From NCBI GenBank assembly GCA_016179765.1, contig JACPCL010000031.1:64341-128340 (forward strand): DNA of 64,000 nt. Reading direction: 5' to 3'. Shown here one piece after another: positions 1 to 9,152 of the stretch. This stretch comes from Chloroflexota bacterium (GTDB lineage: Bacteria; Chloroflexota; Dehalococcoidia; Lucifugimonadales; JACPCL1). The notes below the pieces were generated by a model that was not told the DNA's origin, searched no databases, and saw nothing but the letters and a program-made list of their open reading frames with translations. Each line of letters opens with the position of its first letter. The stretch's first letter is position 1. The position numbers and the translations under genes are program-made.

Positions 1-622
1 GCAGCTCCTGAAGGCGGGTCATGGCGACGGTCAGGTGGGCAGGCAGAAGCTCGTCGCCGCGAAGGTACTCGGCCACCAGGGTGTCGTAGTGGGCTACGTG
101 CTGGAAGGCTTTGGCAGCGAGTTTGCGGCGTTCCTCTTGAGACGGGCCGCCCTCGCGGAGCCTCTGGGCCACCCAGCCGTAGTCCGACGGGTCTACCACC
201 ACGACGACGTGGGGGAAGTTCTTGGCGGCGGCGCGCACCATGGCCGGCCCGCCGATGTCTATGTTCTCCAGGGCGTCCCCCAGCGCAACGTCCGGCCTTG
301 CAACGGTCTGCCGGAAGGGGTACAGGTTCACCGCCACCACGTCTATCGTGCCGATGCCGTGCTGGGCAAGCTGGGCCATGTCGGCGGGCAGGTCACGGCG
401 AGCCAGGATGCCGCCGTGCACTTTGGGGTGGAGGGTCTTGACGCGCCCGTCCAGGATCTCCGGGAAGCCCGTGTAGTCAGACACCTGCTGTACAATCAGG
501 CCCGCCTGGGCCAGCTCCCGGTGGGTGCCGCCGGTGCTGATCAGCTCGTAGCCCAGCTCCGCCAGCGGCCGGGCGAACTCCGCCAGGCCGGTCTTGTCGT
601 AGACGGAAAGGATGGCCTTCAA
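1..622 (-). CDS. purH: Bifunctional AICAR transformylase/IMP cyclohydrolase PurH, N-terminal part; the 3' end runs off the window
   Basis: Manual minus-strand translation from TTG 622 (AAGGAG 7 nt upstream): [37 protein letters not shown]...[16 protein letters not shown]...VAVNLYPF...[17 protein letters not shown]. The ORF 35..727(+) is its antisense shadow. Confidence 0.9.
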   Translation of the reverse strand, partial: MKAILSVYDKTGLAEFARPLAELGYELISTGGTHRELAQAGLIVQQVSDYTGFPEILDGRVKTLHPKVHGGILARRDLPADMAQLAQHGIGTIDVVAVNLYPFRQTVARPDVALGDALENIDIGGPAMVRAAAKNFPHVVVVVDPSDYGWVAQRLREGGPSQEERRKLAAKAFQHVAHYDTLVAEYLRGDELLPAHLTVAMTRLQEL

Positions 623-624
623 GG
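572..624. repeat. Copy A of a ~53-bp direct repeat (the functional purH start region)
   Basis: GGCGAACTCCGCCAGGCCGGTCTTGTCGTAGACGGAAAGGATGGCCTTCAAG recurs at 1355-1407 with 3 mismatches. Confidence 0.85.
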
Positions 625-650
625 GGGTGCTCCTTGTGGGTTGTGCGAAG

Positions 651-1028
651 CTAGCCGTTGTTTGCTGCGAGCGCGTCATGTATGGCCAGTTCGGAAATCC
701 AGCGGAAGTCTTCAGTATTGTGAGTGACTAGCGTGCGACCAAAAGCTAGAGCAGTCCCGGCGATAATAGCGTCGGCGAGGCTCATACGCCGCCTTTGGCG
801 CAGCCGCACCGCCCAATCAGCGACTGTATTTGTGAGGGGCAAGACTTCCGTGGCGTGGAAGAAGGCCAGAAGGATCTGCCGTTCTTGGCTGTGGAGGCGG
901 TGGTAGCCCAGTACCTCTATGAAGGTGACGACGGATACCGACGGAGCATGTTGAGCAATGAACTGCCGTAGGTCCACATGGGCAGGCTGGGCGGCGTAAA
1001 TGACGATATTGCTGTCAAGCAGCATCAC
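651..1028 (-). CDS. vapC: PIN-domain toxin, VapC family
   Basis: 125 aa: [11 protein letters not shown]...[24 protein letters not shown]. Acidic residues fit PIN spacing. Overlaps the upstream antitoxin ORF by 4 nt. Confidence 0.85.
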   Translation of the reverse strand: MMLLDSNIVIYAAQPAHVDLRQFIAQHAPSVSVVTFIEVLGYHRLHSQERQILLAFFHATEVLPLTNTVADWAVRLRQRRRMSLADAIIAGTALAFGRTLVTHNTEDFRWISELAIHDALAANNG

Positions 1029-1285
1029 TCATCGGGGCGGGCCAGAGGATGGTCCTGCCTTTGCTCACGTTGCCAGGCCACCGGGTCGTGGATGGCCGAA
1101 AAAGCACCGCGCTGCGCAAGCTCGGCCAAGATTTCCGCCATGGCCGCCCCCTGGCTATGGTCAAGGTAGGGTTCCTCGCCCTCGGCGAGAGTGACGCGCA
1201 CTTCTACCCCTTCCGACCGATTTGGGCGGTCGGCTATCCACTCTATTCGGTCACCATGAAGAATCGCTCTGTAAGTGCGGGCCAT
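1025..1285 (-). CDS. Antitoxin partner of VapC (small acidic protein)
   Basis: 86-aa ORF directly upstream of the PIN gene, overlapping it by 4 nt. This is typical type II TA organisation. Confidence 0.65.
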   Translation of the reverse strand: MARTYRAILHGDRIEWIADRPNRSEGVEVRVTLAEGEEPYLDHSQGAAMAEILAELAQRGAFSAIHDPVAWQREQRQDHPLARPDE

Positions 1286-1354
1286 AGGGAATCACCTGCT
1301 GTTGTTGGCTTCTATTGTAGCATGTTACGTGAGAAGGCCAGCCAGCCCAACGCT

Positions 1355-1407
1355 GGCGAACTCCACCAGGCCGGTCTTGTCGTGGACGGAAAGGATGGCT
1401 TTCAAGA
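1355..1407. repeat. Copy B of the direct repeat: a non-functional duplicated remnant of the purH 5' end
   Basis: The minus strand reads TTG AAA GCC ATC CTT TCC GTC CAC GAC AAG ACC GGC CTG GTG GAG TTC GCC (LKAILSVHDKTGLVEFA), then diverges and stops. There is no SD upstream. Confidence 0.8.
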
Positions 1408-1428
1408 GGAGGCCCCTTAGCTTAAACT

Positions 1429-2013
1429 TTAATCCATATCGTGGGATGAAGCCTCGCCTAAGAGATAACGCCACCCTTTCCGCCACGCAAAGGGAGCGTT
1501 GACCAGGTCAGGTAGGACTTGCCCGCATAGCAGATGGCCAAGGGCCCAGCGTGTGGCAGAATGTCCAATGATGACTACGAGTTTGCCATCCCAGGCATGG
1601 GAGAGGTCGTTTAGGAACTCTTGAACCCTCGTTACAACATCGCGATAGCTTTCTCCTTCTGGGAAGGGGGCGTCAATGTGTTTGGCCCGCTCTAACTCCA
1701 AGAGGGTGGTCGGCATACCGTTGAGAAACCCATAGTTGCATTCGCGCAAGCGTTTGTCCAGGTACATGGGGATTCCCGAGTCACCGAAGGCTATGGTGGC
1801 CGTCTCCACAGCGCGGCCAAGGTCCGAGGTAAAGACCGCGTCTATTCTTTCGCGTCGTCTCCGTTCTCCCAGTTCCTTCGCCAGCAGCCTCCCCTTCTCT
1901 GACAAACAACCATCCAGCCAGCCCGTTGCAATGCCGCGCTCGTTGTCCACACTTATGGAATGGGTTTCAAAGACGATCTCAACTGCCATGTTCTTGAGAC
2001 CCCCAGTGGACAA
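1429..2013 (-). CDS. Histidine phosphatase family protein (phosphoglycerate mutase-like)
   Basis: VEIVFETHSISVDNERGIATGW...DAVFTSDLGRAVETA...ECNYG...IIGHSATRWAL. Start uncertain (alternative ATG at 1989). Confidence 0.8.
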   Translation of the reverse strand: MSTGGLKNMAVEIVFETHSISVDNERGIATGWLDGCLSEKGRLLAKELGERRRRERIDAVFTSDLGRAVETATIAFGDSGIPMYLDKRLRECNYGFLNGMPTTLLELERAKHIDAPFPEGESYRDVVTRVQEFLNDLSHAWDGKLVVIIGHSATRWALGHLLCGQVLPDLVNAPFAWRKGWRYLLGEASSHDMD

Positions 2014-2109
2014 GTGAAAGGACGGCCTTCGGAAGGCAACAAAGGGGGCGGGCCGATGCTCCGGCCCGCCCCCTATTCTACCAGCCCTGGCAGCAGTACA
2101 CCTAGCGCC

Positions 2110-2156
2110 CTTCTCATCCCTTCCCCCTTCCTGGCCAGGAAGGGGGAAGGGGGTTA
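2110..2156. repeat. Palindromic repeat module (M3 type)
   Basis: CCCTTCCCCCTTCCTGGCCAGGAAGGGGGAAGGGGG, the same design as 24450, 28098, 45385 and 49160. Confidence 0.7.
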
Positions 2157-3797
2157 GGTCGCCCTCACTCTGTCCATCTGGTACGCGGCGTCGCCGTCCA
2201 CGTGGACGACGACTGGCGCGTTGTCCGCCACCGCCTCGCGTATCGCAGAGGGGAACTTGTTCACATCGGTCACGTGGATGCCCTTGACGCCAAAGCTCCT
2301 GGCAAGGGCCACGTAGTCCGGATTGACCAGCTCGGTGCCGATGACGTTGCCCTTGAAGCGGGTCAACTGGTCATCGTTGGAGGCGCCGTAGCGGTGGTTG
2401 TCAAAGATGACGGTGACCAGGTTAATCTTGTACTGCACCGCCGTCGCCAGCTCGCCGATGGCGTAGTTGAAGCCGCCGTCGCCCGTCAGGGAGAGGACTG
2501 GCGTGTTGGGGTTGCCAACCTTTGCGCCCAGGGCCGTGGGGAAGCCGTAGCCCAGGGTCCCCATGTAGGAGGAGGTGACCAGGGTCCGTGGCTTGAGGGT
2601 AGCGAAGGCTGAGCCGGCCCACCTGTCCGCGCCGGTGATGCCGCCAACGACTATCGTGTCCTCCGGCAGGTCCTTGCGCACCTGCTCCCATACGTTGTAC
2701 GGAGCAGGGCGCTGGTTGCGCATGGCATCCTCGTCCCGCTTCTTCAGCGCCGCCACAGCCTGCTTGTCCCAGGACGCCTGGATGCGGCGGCCACTCAGCG
2801 CCTGCCCTATCTGACCCAGGCCAACCTTGGCGTCGGCCACAACGCCGACGGTTGGCTGCATGATAAGCTTGTTGCTGAACTCCGTGTCGTCTATGTCCAG
2901 GTGAATCAGGACCTGCTTGGGCTTCGGGGCCCAATCAGCCGTCGGGGGGATGTTGAAGCGAGTGCCGACGGCGAAGATGACGTCGGCCTGGCCCATCAGG
3001 TCGGCGACGGCCGAGCCCGGCACTCCAAAGCTTGCCGCATTAAGCACCATGGGGTTGGTGTCCGGTATCGCGCCCTTGCCCTCCCGCGTCAGGACCACGG
3101 GAGCACCCAGGGCCTCGGCGACGCGGCGTAGCTCCTGATGAGCGCCCGCGAGGTTCACGCCGCCGCCCGCCCAGATCAGGGGATGCCTGGCGGAGGCCAG
3201 GTGGCCGGCGACCGTGCGCAGGGCGTCGTCGGCGATGGAGGGGCGAGGATACTCCTCAGGCTCAACGGTCCGGATATCGGCGACGGTTGCAAGGGTGTCG
3301 GGCGGTATCTCAATCTCCACCGGACGGGGCCTGCCGGTCTTGATCTGGTGTATCGCCTCATGGATTCCCTCTGGGATGTCCTGGGCCTTGATGACGCGGT
3401 CCTGCCACTTGGTGACTGGCTTCATGAACTCCATCTGGTCGTGCACTTCGTGCAGAGCGCCCCGGCCAGTGCCGATGAGGTTGCTGTCTATCTGGCCGGA
3501 GATCATGAGGACGGGAGAGGAGGCTGCATAGGCGGTGGCCAGGGCAGCGCCAGCGTTGTAGGCGCCTGGGCCGGGCACAATCAGGCACACGCCCAGCTTG
3601 CCGGTGGTGCGGGCGTAGCCATCGGCCATGTAGGCGGTGGTCTGCTCGTGGCGGGTGGTGATGACCCGGATACCCGGCTGCGTAAAGAACCCGTTGTAGA
3701 TGTGCATAATCTGCACGCCCGGCAGACCGAACACCACCTCCACCCCCTCGGCCAGGAGCTGTTTGATGACTGCCTCGCCGCCGGTCATCTGAGCCAT
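2154..3797 (-). CDS. Thiamine-pyrophosphate-dependent enzyme, acetolactate-synthase-like
   Basis: 547 aa: GGEAVIKQLLAEGVEVVFGLPG...HEQTTAYMADGYARTTGKLGVCLIVPGPGAYN...LTGDGGFNY. Confidence 0.8.
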   Translation of the reverse strand: MAQMTGGEAVIKQLLAEGVEVVFGLPGVQIMHIYNGFFTQPGIRVITTRHEQTTAYMADGYARTTGKLGVCLIVPGPGAYNAGAALATAYAASSPVLMISGQIDSNLIGTGRGALHEVHDQMEFMKPVTKWQDRVIKAQDIPEGIHEAIHQIKTGRPRPVEIEIPPDTLATVADIRTVEPEEYPRPSIADDALRTVAGHLASARHPLIWAGGGVNLAGAHQELRRVAEALGAPVVLTREGKGAIPDTNPMVLNAASFGVPGSAVADLMGQADVIFAVGTRFNIPPTADWAPKPKQVLIHLDIDDTEFSNKLIMQPTVGVVADAKVGLGQIGQALSGRRIQASWDKQAVAALKKRDEDAMRNQRPAPYNVWEQVRKDLPEDTIVVGGITGADRWAGSAFATLKPRTLVTSSYMGTLGYGFPTALGAKVGNPNTPVLSLTGDGGFNYAIGELATAVQYKINLVTVIFDNHRYGASNDDQLTRFKGNVIGTELVNPDYVALARSFGVKGIHVTDVNKFPSAIREAVADNAPVVVHVDGDAAYQMDRVRAT

Positions 3798-3933
3798 AAG
3801 GGACCTCCTAGATTGATTGTCAGCTTGAGAAACCAGCGCCCAGAGGGTAACACAGGGGGAGGGGAAATGGTAGGGTGGCGAGGGGCGGGGGGCTCCATGA
3901 AACCGATCCGGTCCGATGTGTTCAGAATGGCAT

Positions 3934-4821
3934 TCATTGTGCTCCTCTAGCCCATTGTAAATCCCGACCTATCAAGAGTTCGGTCATCTGAACATTATGG
4001 GTATTTTTCATGGGGATCACTTCAATATCAAACCTATGATCTTGTGCTAATCTCTGAGCTTCCAAAGTATTGTCATATGTCATAAGAAAATCGCCTCGCA
4101 AAGTTTCAACTACGTTAAACAACTCTTCGTGGTTCAGGTCATTGTAACGGTAGAGACGTTTCCCTGCTTTTTTCCCCCCGGCAGTATAAGGGGGATCAAT
4201 AAAAAATATGGCATCCTCTTGTGTGGCTTTCTGTCGCAAAAGTGGCACTCCATCACCTTCAATAAAGTCAATCCTATCCTTAATGGCCGCTATGTCCAAT
4301 ATTCGTTTGCGGAGAGTTGCAGGATACCACCGCGACTTGATGCCTTTCCCATTTTCACCGCTCTTGATCACGCCACTGCCAGGTGCAAGAATACCTCCAT
4401 GATTCACTCTGTTCTTAAGCAGGGTTTGAAAAGCCTTCTCTTTAGGATCAGCATATTCTGTGTCTAGAACACTTCTCACTGACTCAAAAGACACATCAAA
4501 TGAGGTTATTTTATTAGCTAGCCATTCGGCGGAGTCCCCGAGAATAGCCTTCCAAACAGCAGCGACTTGGTCATCGAGTTCTGCCAGGACTACCTTAGAA
4601 GCCCAAGCCTCAAATGCCACCGTTAATCCTACGATGCCACCTCCAGCAAAGGGTTCTAGGAACTCCTTTGCTGGTCTTTGCTTCTGAGCAAGCCACTGCC
4701 TGACCAAGGGAACGAACCATGTCTTGCCCCCCGGGTAACGGAAAGGACTCCTCTGGGGAACAGAGGCAACATTCACCACCCGGTGCTGTTCGCCAATAGC
4801 AGGCAATTGTAGCTGCACCAT
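3934..4821 (-). CDS. D12-class (Dam-like) N6-adenine DNA methyltransferase
   Basis: FRYPGGKTWFVP, FLEPFAGGGIVGL and FFIDPPYT motifs. The region is visibly AT-rich compared with its flanks. Confidence 0.85.
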   Translation of the reverse strand: MVQLQLPAIGEQHRVVNVASVPQRSPFRYPGGKTWFVPLVRQWLAQKQRPAKEFLEPFAGGGIVGLTVAFEAWASKVVLAELDDQVAAVWKAILGDSAEWLANKITSFDVSFESVRSVLDTEYADPKEKAFQTLLKNRVNHGGILAPGSGVIKSGENGKGIKSRWYPATLRKRILDIAAIKDRIDFIEGDGVPLLRQKATQEDAIFFIDPPYTAGGKKAGKRLYRYNDLNHEELFNVVETLRGDFLMTYDNTLEAQRLAQDHRFDIEVIPMKNTHNVQMTELLIGRDLQWARGAQ

Positions 4822-4826
4822 GGTTC

Positions 4827-5735
4827 TTACAGTAATACGTCTAGTGTGGGTGCATCAGGTGAGTTATCATCTTCCAGTTTATCATCAAGCTTTGACTGCA
4901 ACAGTTCAAGAAAATCTTTTTCCTCTCCCGTCTCCGGACTCATAATTCTCGCTAATGCAGCTTCAGATCTTACATACACTCTTTTGTGGAGTTGCAATGT
5001 GTATCTCTGCTGCGAAGGGTTGTAGGTTAGGTCATATACGAGCCATACGATGTCCGCTTCATCACTGCTTACTTCCGTGAACTTTGGAAGGCTCTCGTAA
5101 AGACCCCTGTTCAACGCCACTGCCATCTTCCGCTTCCAAGCCCTGAGAATACCTCCCTTGTATATCATTTGCGGAACAAGGCGCTTACGTGATGAAGAGA
5201 GATAATCAGGCCTTGGGTAGTTTGGTTGCTTCGTCCAATCCATATCATGATTGGCTGAAGGGTCTTTCAGATATTGCTCAAATGGCCGACGTATGTTGCC
5301 TGAAATATAGACCGCCTGTATTTCCAGAGCACCGAAGTCAATTACCCTCCCTCGTCCATCATACGAAACAAGGACTATGTCAATGTTCCCCGCAGCCTTT
5401 CCTACCCTGTCCTTTAAGTGCACTTCTGTTAGTGAAGTCCAATTTGTACCCTGAGGGAAGAAGAAAGCGGCGGCATCATCGGAGATTGTCCAATCCTGAC
5501 GAAATCTGATGGGGCAAGTAATGACTACATCATTATCGTCATAAATACTGCAAACCCCAAGAGGATCATTGGCTTTATCTTTGGTACAGTTTGGCACTTT
5601 GTTGTTAAATGGGCAAAGCCTATTTCTGCGGTATCTTGCCGCCTCCAGTGATAGGTTGTGCGGCGGAAAGCCGAACACCTCCGCAAGAGGGTGGCGGTTA
5701 GGTTGCTGCGTCATGTTCGCCGTCATTCGCTCCAT
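4827..5735 (-). CDS. Type II restriction endonuclease, NotI-like family
   Basis: AEVFGFPP..SLEAARYRRNRLCPFNN..CTKDKANDPLGVCS (Cys4 cluster) and IDIVLV...FGALEIQAVY core. ATG 5735 overlaps the purM TAA (TAATG) and GGGGAGGGG lies upstream. The longer ORF reaching 5813 is rejected. Confidence 0.7.
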   Translation of the reverse strand: MERMTANMTQQPNRHPLAEVFGFPPHNLSLEAARYRRNRLCPFNNKVPNCTKDKANDPLGVCSIYDDNDVVITCPIRFRQDWTISDDAAAFFFPQGTNWTSLTEVHLKDRVGKAAGNIDIVLVSYDGRGRVIDFGALEIQAVYISGNIRRPFEQYLKDPSANHDMDWTKQPNYPRPDYLSSSRKRLVPQMIYKGGILRAWKRKMAVALNRGLYESLPKFTEVSSDEADIVWLVYDLTYNPSQQRYTLQLHKRVYVRSEAALARIMSPETGEEKDFLELLQSKLDDKLEDDNSPDAPTLDVLL

Positions 5736-6718
5736 TATCCCCTCCCCACCTCTCCCACCACCCACGCCTCCGGCAGCAGGCGCAGCAGCGCATCCGCATT
5801 GGCCCGCTCGCACGTCATCACCATGCCCACGCCCATGTTGAACACGCGGTACATCTCCTCCCGCGCCACGTTGCCACGCTCCTGGATAATGCGGAACAGC
5901 GCAGGCTCCTTCCAGCTTTCGTAGTCAATGCGCGCCCGCAGGCCAGCGGGAATTGCCCGCGCCACGTTGTCCTCCAGCCCATCGCCGGTGATGTGGCCCA
6001 TGCTCTTCACCAGGGGCAATGCCGGGGCCAGCAGCGGGTAGTAACTGCGGTGCGGCTCTAGCAGGGCCTCTCCCAGGGTGCGGCCAAGCTCCGGGTAGCG
6101 ATCATGCAAGGGGGAAGGGTCCTTGTCCAGGTCAAAGACGTGGCGCACCAGGGAGTATCCATTGGTGTGCAGGCCGCTGGAAGGCACAGCGATCAGGATG
6201 TCGCCCGACTTCACTTTGGTGGGGTCCAGGAGCTGGGGGCGCTCGGCAGCGCCGACGACGAAGCCGCACAGCTCAAAGGCCCCCTCCTGAAAGTGGTTGG
6301 AGAGCTGGGAGGTCTCGCCGCCGATGAGGGCGCAGCCCGCGGCTCGGCACGCCTCGGCGATGCCCTTCACGATGGCCGCTACCCGCTCCGGCACGATCTC
6401 CTCCATGGCGATGTAGTCCAGGAAGAAGAGGGGCCGTGCGCCGGTGGTCAGCACGTCGTTGACGCTCTGGTTCACCACGTCGTGGCCGATGGTATCATAG
6501 CGCCCCATCCAGGAGGCCAGCTTCAGCTTCGTGCCCACGCCGTCGGTGCTGGAGACCAGCACCGGCTCCTTGAAGCCCTCCAGCTTGAACAGGCCACCGA
6601 AGAGGCCGATGTCCCCCAGCACCTGCGGCCCGAAGGTGGAGCGCACGAAGGGGTTGAACAGCTCTTTAGCTCTGGCGGCGGCGTCCAGGTCTACGCCCGC
6701 GTCACGATAGGTGGTCAT
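5735..6718 (-). CDS. purM: Phosphoribosylformylglycinamidine cyclo-ligase (AIR synthetase)
   Basis: 327 aa: MTTYRDAGVDLDAA...SSTDGVGTKLKLA...DYIAM...GGETS. Confidence 0.95.
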   Translation of the reverse strand: MTTYRDAGVDLDAAARAKELFNPFVRSTFGPQVLGDIGLFGGLFKLEGFKEPVLVSSTDGVGTKLKLASWMGRYDTIGHDVVNQSVNDVLTTGARPLFFLDYIAMEEIVPERVAAIVKGIAEACRAAGCALIGGETSQLSNHFQEGAFELCGFVVGAAERPQLLDPTKVKSGDILIAVPSSGLHTNGYSLVRHVFDLDKDPSPLHDRYPELGRTLGEALLEPHRSYYPLLAPALPLVKSMGHITGDGLEDNVARAIPAGLRARIDYESWKEPALFRIIQERGNVAREEMYRVFNMGVGMVMTCERANADALLRLLPEAWVVGEVGRG

Positions 6719-7122
6719 AGGTGTTCTCTTGTTCTTGGGGGCTGAGGCATGACTTGGAGTTCCGGCATTGGGAAGTGCCTGAGATTGTCCGTAATCAGAG
6801 TAGCTTTCTCTTCCACGGCAACGGCAGCGATAACAGCGTCGGCCAGATTGATTGCAGTCCCGCGTCTTGCGAAGTCATGGCGAAATTGGCCTGCCAATTT
6901 CGCTTCCTGAGCAGTTATCGGATAGAACTCCAGGGTATCAACGAATTCATCTGCCTCCCGACGCTGCGGGAGGGTGAGGCCCGCATAAAACTCGGCAACG
7001 TTAATGCCACAGACGCCAAGACGATGGTCATCTTGGGTGAGAGAAGTAACGAGGGCAATTACAGCGGTGCTGCCATAAAAGTAGTCAATGAGCACAGTGG
7101 TATCCAGAAGATACTTAGCCAT
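6715..7122 (-). CDS. vapC: PIN-domain toxin, VapC family
   Basis: MAKYLLDTTVLIDYF...INVAEFYAGL...LADAVIAAVAVEEKATLITDNLRHF. Its stop overlaps the purM start (ATGA). Confidence 0.85.
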   Translation of the reverse strand: MAKYLLDTTVLIDYFYGSTAVIALVTSLTQDDHRLGVCGINVAEFYAGLTLPQRREADEFVDTLEFYPITAQEAKLAGQFRHDFARRGTAINLADAVIAAVAVEEKATLITDNLRHFPMPELQVMPQPPRTREHL

Positions 7123-7378
7123 TGGAGGAAGGCTCCAGGTTTCGGTTACTCTCCTCGCGCAGCTTGCGCACCCACTTAGACGCCTTTTCAGGTGTAGCCC
7201 AATATGGATGGTCCTCAGCGGAGAAAATACCTGCTGTCTTCTTTATGGCAGCTAGCAACTTTTCCTTCCTTAGCCTCTCACGGATAGCTTCTTCCACAAA
7301 ACGGCTCCTTTTGCGCGGGCCAACGAGGTCGTCAATTTGCTTTACCATCGCTTCAGGGAGAATGACATGCGTTCTCAT
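7115..7378 (-). CDS. Ribbon-helix-helix (CopG-like) antitoxin
   Basis: MRTHVILPEAMVKQIDDLVGPRKRSRFVEEAIRERL. GGAG lies 8 nt before ATG 7378. Overlaps vapC by 8 nt. Confidence 0.75.
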   Translation of the reverse strand: MRTHVILPEAMVKQIDDLVGPRKRSRFVEEAIRERLRKEKLLAAIKKTAGIFSAEDHPYWATPEKASKWVRKLREESNRNLEPSSNG

Positions 7379-7393
7379 AGACATTACTCCATA

Positions 7394-7418
7394 TGACATA
7401 GATGTCACACATAGTATA
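7394..7418 (-). promoter_or_regulatory. Candidate vapBC promoter/operator
   Basis: Inverted repeat TGACAT-ag-ATGTCA (7394-7407) next to a TATACT -10 (minus strand, 7413-7418), just upstream of the RHH antitoxin. Confidence 0.4.
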
Positions 7419-7512
7419 CCCACAACTATTGGGCCTTGCAAATATATGAAGGAAACGTAGTGGGCAGGCGATATCGCCTGCCCACTACTTCTTGTACCGT
7501 GGCAGCTAACCC

Positions 7513-8949
7513 CTACCGCTCCAGGGCCAGCTTGTCCATCTCAAGCTGCACGGGGATGGGGTACTTGCCGGTGAAGCAGGCGGCGCAGAAGGTCTTGCCG
7601 GCATCACCGCCCACGCTCTTCAGCAGGCCCTCCACGCTCATGTATCCCAGGCTGTCCGCGCCGATGAACCGGCATACCTCATCCACCGACATATTGGCGG
7701 CGATGAGCTCTTGCTTGCTTGCCATGTCCACCCCGAAGTGACATGGGTAGCGGATGGGCGGTGCGCAGACGCGCATGTGCACCTGGGTGGCCCCCGCCTT
7801 GCGCAGCAGGCTCACCACCTGGGGCGTCGTGGTGCCGCGCACGATGCTATCGTCCACCACCACCACGCGTCTGCCGCCGATGACCTCCGGCAGGGGGTTG
7901 AACTTGAGTCGCACGCCGAGGTCGCGGATGCGCTGGTCCGGCTGGATGAAGGTGCGTCCTATGTACCGGTTCTTCACCAGCCCCTCACTGTAGGGGATAC
8001 CCGACTCCTGGGCGTAGCCGACGGCGGCGGCGGTGGCCGAATCGGGCACGCCGATGACCACATCGGCCTCCACGGGATGCTCCCGGGCAAGCTGGCGGCC
8101 CATCTCTCGGCGCGTCAGGTAGGTGAGGTTGCCCCCCAGCAAGCTGTCGGGGCGGGCAAAGTAGATGTGCTCAAAGACGCAGGGAGCCGCCTTGGGCAGC
8201 TCCCCCGCGTAGGGGATGGAGCGCAGGCCGTTCCCGTCAATCACCACGGCCTCGCCCGGCTCAACCTCGCGCAGGTATGTAGCCCCAAGGTGGTCCAGGG
8301 CGCAGCTTTCCGAGGCGATGATCCAGCCGCCGTTGAGCTTACCCAGGCACAGGGGCCGCACGCCCCTGGGGTCGCGGATGCCCAGCAGGGTGTCTCTGGT
8401 CAGCACGGTGAGGGAGTAGGCCCCCTGGAGCCGGCGCATCAGGTAGGAGAGCTTCTCACCCCACTCCTGCCCCGGGGCATAGGCCAGCAGGTTGGCGATG
8501 GCCTCAGAATCGGTGCTGGAGGTGAAGGTGTAGCCCAGCTCAGAGAGCTCGGCGCGCAGCTCCTGGGCGTTGATGACGTTGCCGTTGTGGGCCAGGGCCA
8601 GCTCCAGGTCGCCGCTGCGGGCCATGAGGGGTTGCGCGTTGCGGATGTGGGTGGAGCCGGTGGTGGAGTACCGGGTGTGGCCGATGGCGATGTGCCCTTC
8701 CAGGCGCATCAGGTCGCTCTCCCGGAAGGCCTGGGAAACCAACCCCATGTTGGTGTAGCAGTGGATGCGGTCGCCGGTGGCGGTGGCGATGCCCGCGCTC
8801 TCCTGGCCCCGATGCTGCAAGGCGTAGAGGCCGTAAAAGGCTGCCTGAGCTACGTTCATGCCCGGGGCGTACACCCCAATAACCCCACAGGCTTCGTGGA
8901 GCGACCCGTCTTCCCCCACCCCAGTGCGTCGGCTGGAAAGGGAGGCCAA
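7513..8949 (-). CDS. purF: Amidophosphoribosyltransferase
   Basis: ...SLHEACGVIGVYAPG...LQHRGQESAGIA, with a type-I PRT domain. Start uncertain: TTG 8949 (AGGGG upstream) or GTG 8919. The ORF-track extension to 9156 looks non-coding. Confidence 0.9.
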   Translation of the reverse strand: MASLSSRRTGVGEDGSLHEACGVIGVYAPGMNVAQAAFYGLYALQHRGQESAGIATATGDRIHCYTNMGLVSQAFRESDLMRLEGHIAIGHTRYSTTGSTHIRNAQPLMARSGDLELALAHNGNVINAQELRAELSELGYTFTSSTDSEAIANLLAYAPGQEWGEKLSYLMRRLQGAYSLTVLTRDTLLGIRDPRGVRPLCLGKLNGGWIIASESCALDHLGATYLREVEPGEAVVIDGNGLRSIPYAGELPKAAPCVFEHIYFARPDSLLGGNLTYLTRREMGRQLAREHPVEADVVIGVPDSATAAAVGYAQESGIPYSEGLVKNRYIGRTFIQPDQRIRDLGVRLKFNPLPEVIGGRRVVVVDDSIVRGTTTPQVVSLLRKAGATQVHMRVCAPPIRYPCHFGVDMASKQELIAANMSVDEVCRFIGADSLGYMSVEGLLKSVGGDAGKTFCAACFTGKYPIPVQLEMDKLALER

Positions 8950-9123
8950 AGAAGCACCCCTGGCGTGGCGTGTGATGGCTGCGACCTTCAGCGGAAGGGC
9001 TGCGCCTCTAGTATACGGCCTCCGGCGGAGAAGGGCAAAGGGCGAAAAGAGGGGGAAAGGTAACCTCTTGTCCTGACGCTGCCCCATCCACCACGAACTT
9101 CCATGAACCGAAGAGAACAGCGA

Positions 9124-9152
9124 TTGACTTGGCCTTCCGCACAGGGTACGAT
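9124..9152 (+). promoter_or_regulatory. Candidate sigma-70-type promoter
   Basis: TTGACT-17 nt-TACGAT upstream of the SWIM gene. Confidence 0.4.

Noticed and set aside
35-727. Long ORFs antisense to recognisable genes. Examples: 35-727(+), 7711-9063(+), 9476-10954(+), 12217-13242(+), 31816-32931(-), 35343-36530(+), 43045-44076(-), 55529-57061(-), 62949-63893(-).
   Set aside because: These are typical high-G+C shadow ORFs. The opposite strand encodes proteins with clear family motifs, and the shadow translations are Arg/Gly/Ala/Pro-rich low-complexity sequence.
8920-9060. Purine, ZTP or PRPP-type riboswitch in the purF leader.
   Set aside because: A plausible TTGCCC-17-TATACT promoter exists, but I could not find the conserved ZTP (GGGUCGUG...CCGCCUGGGCA) or purine-riboswitch cores.
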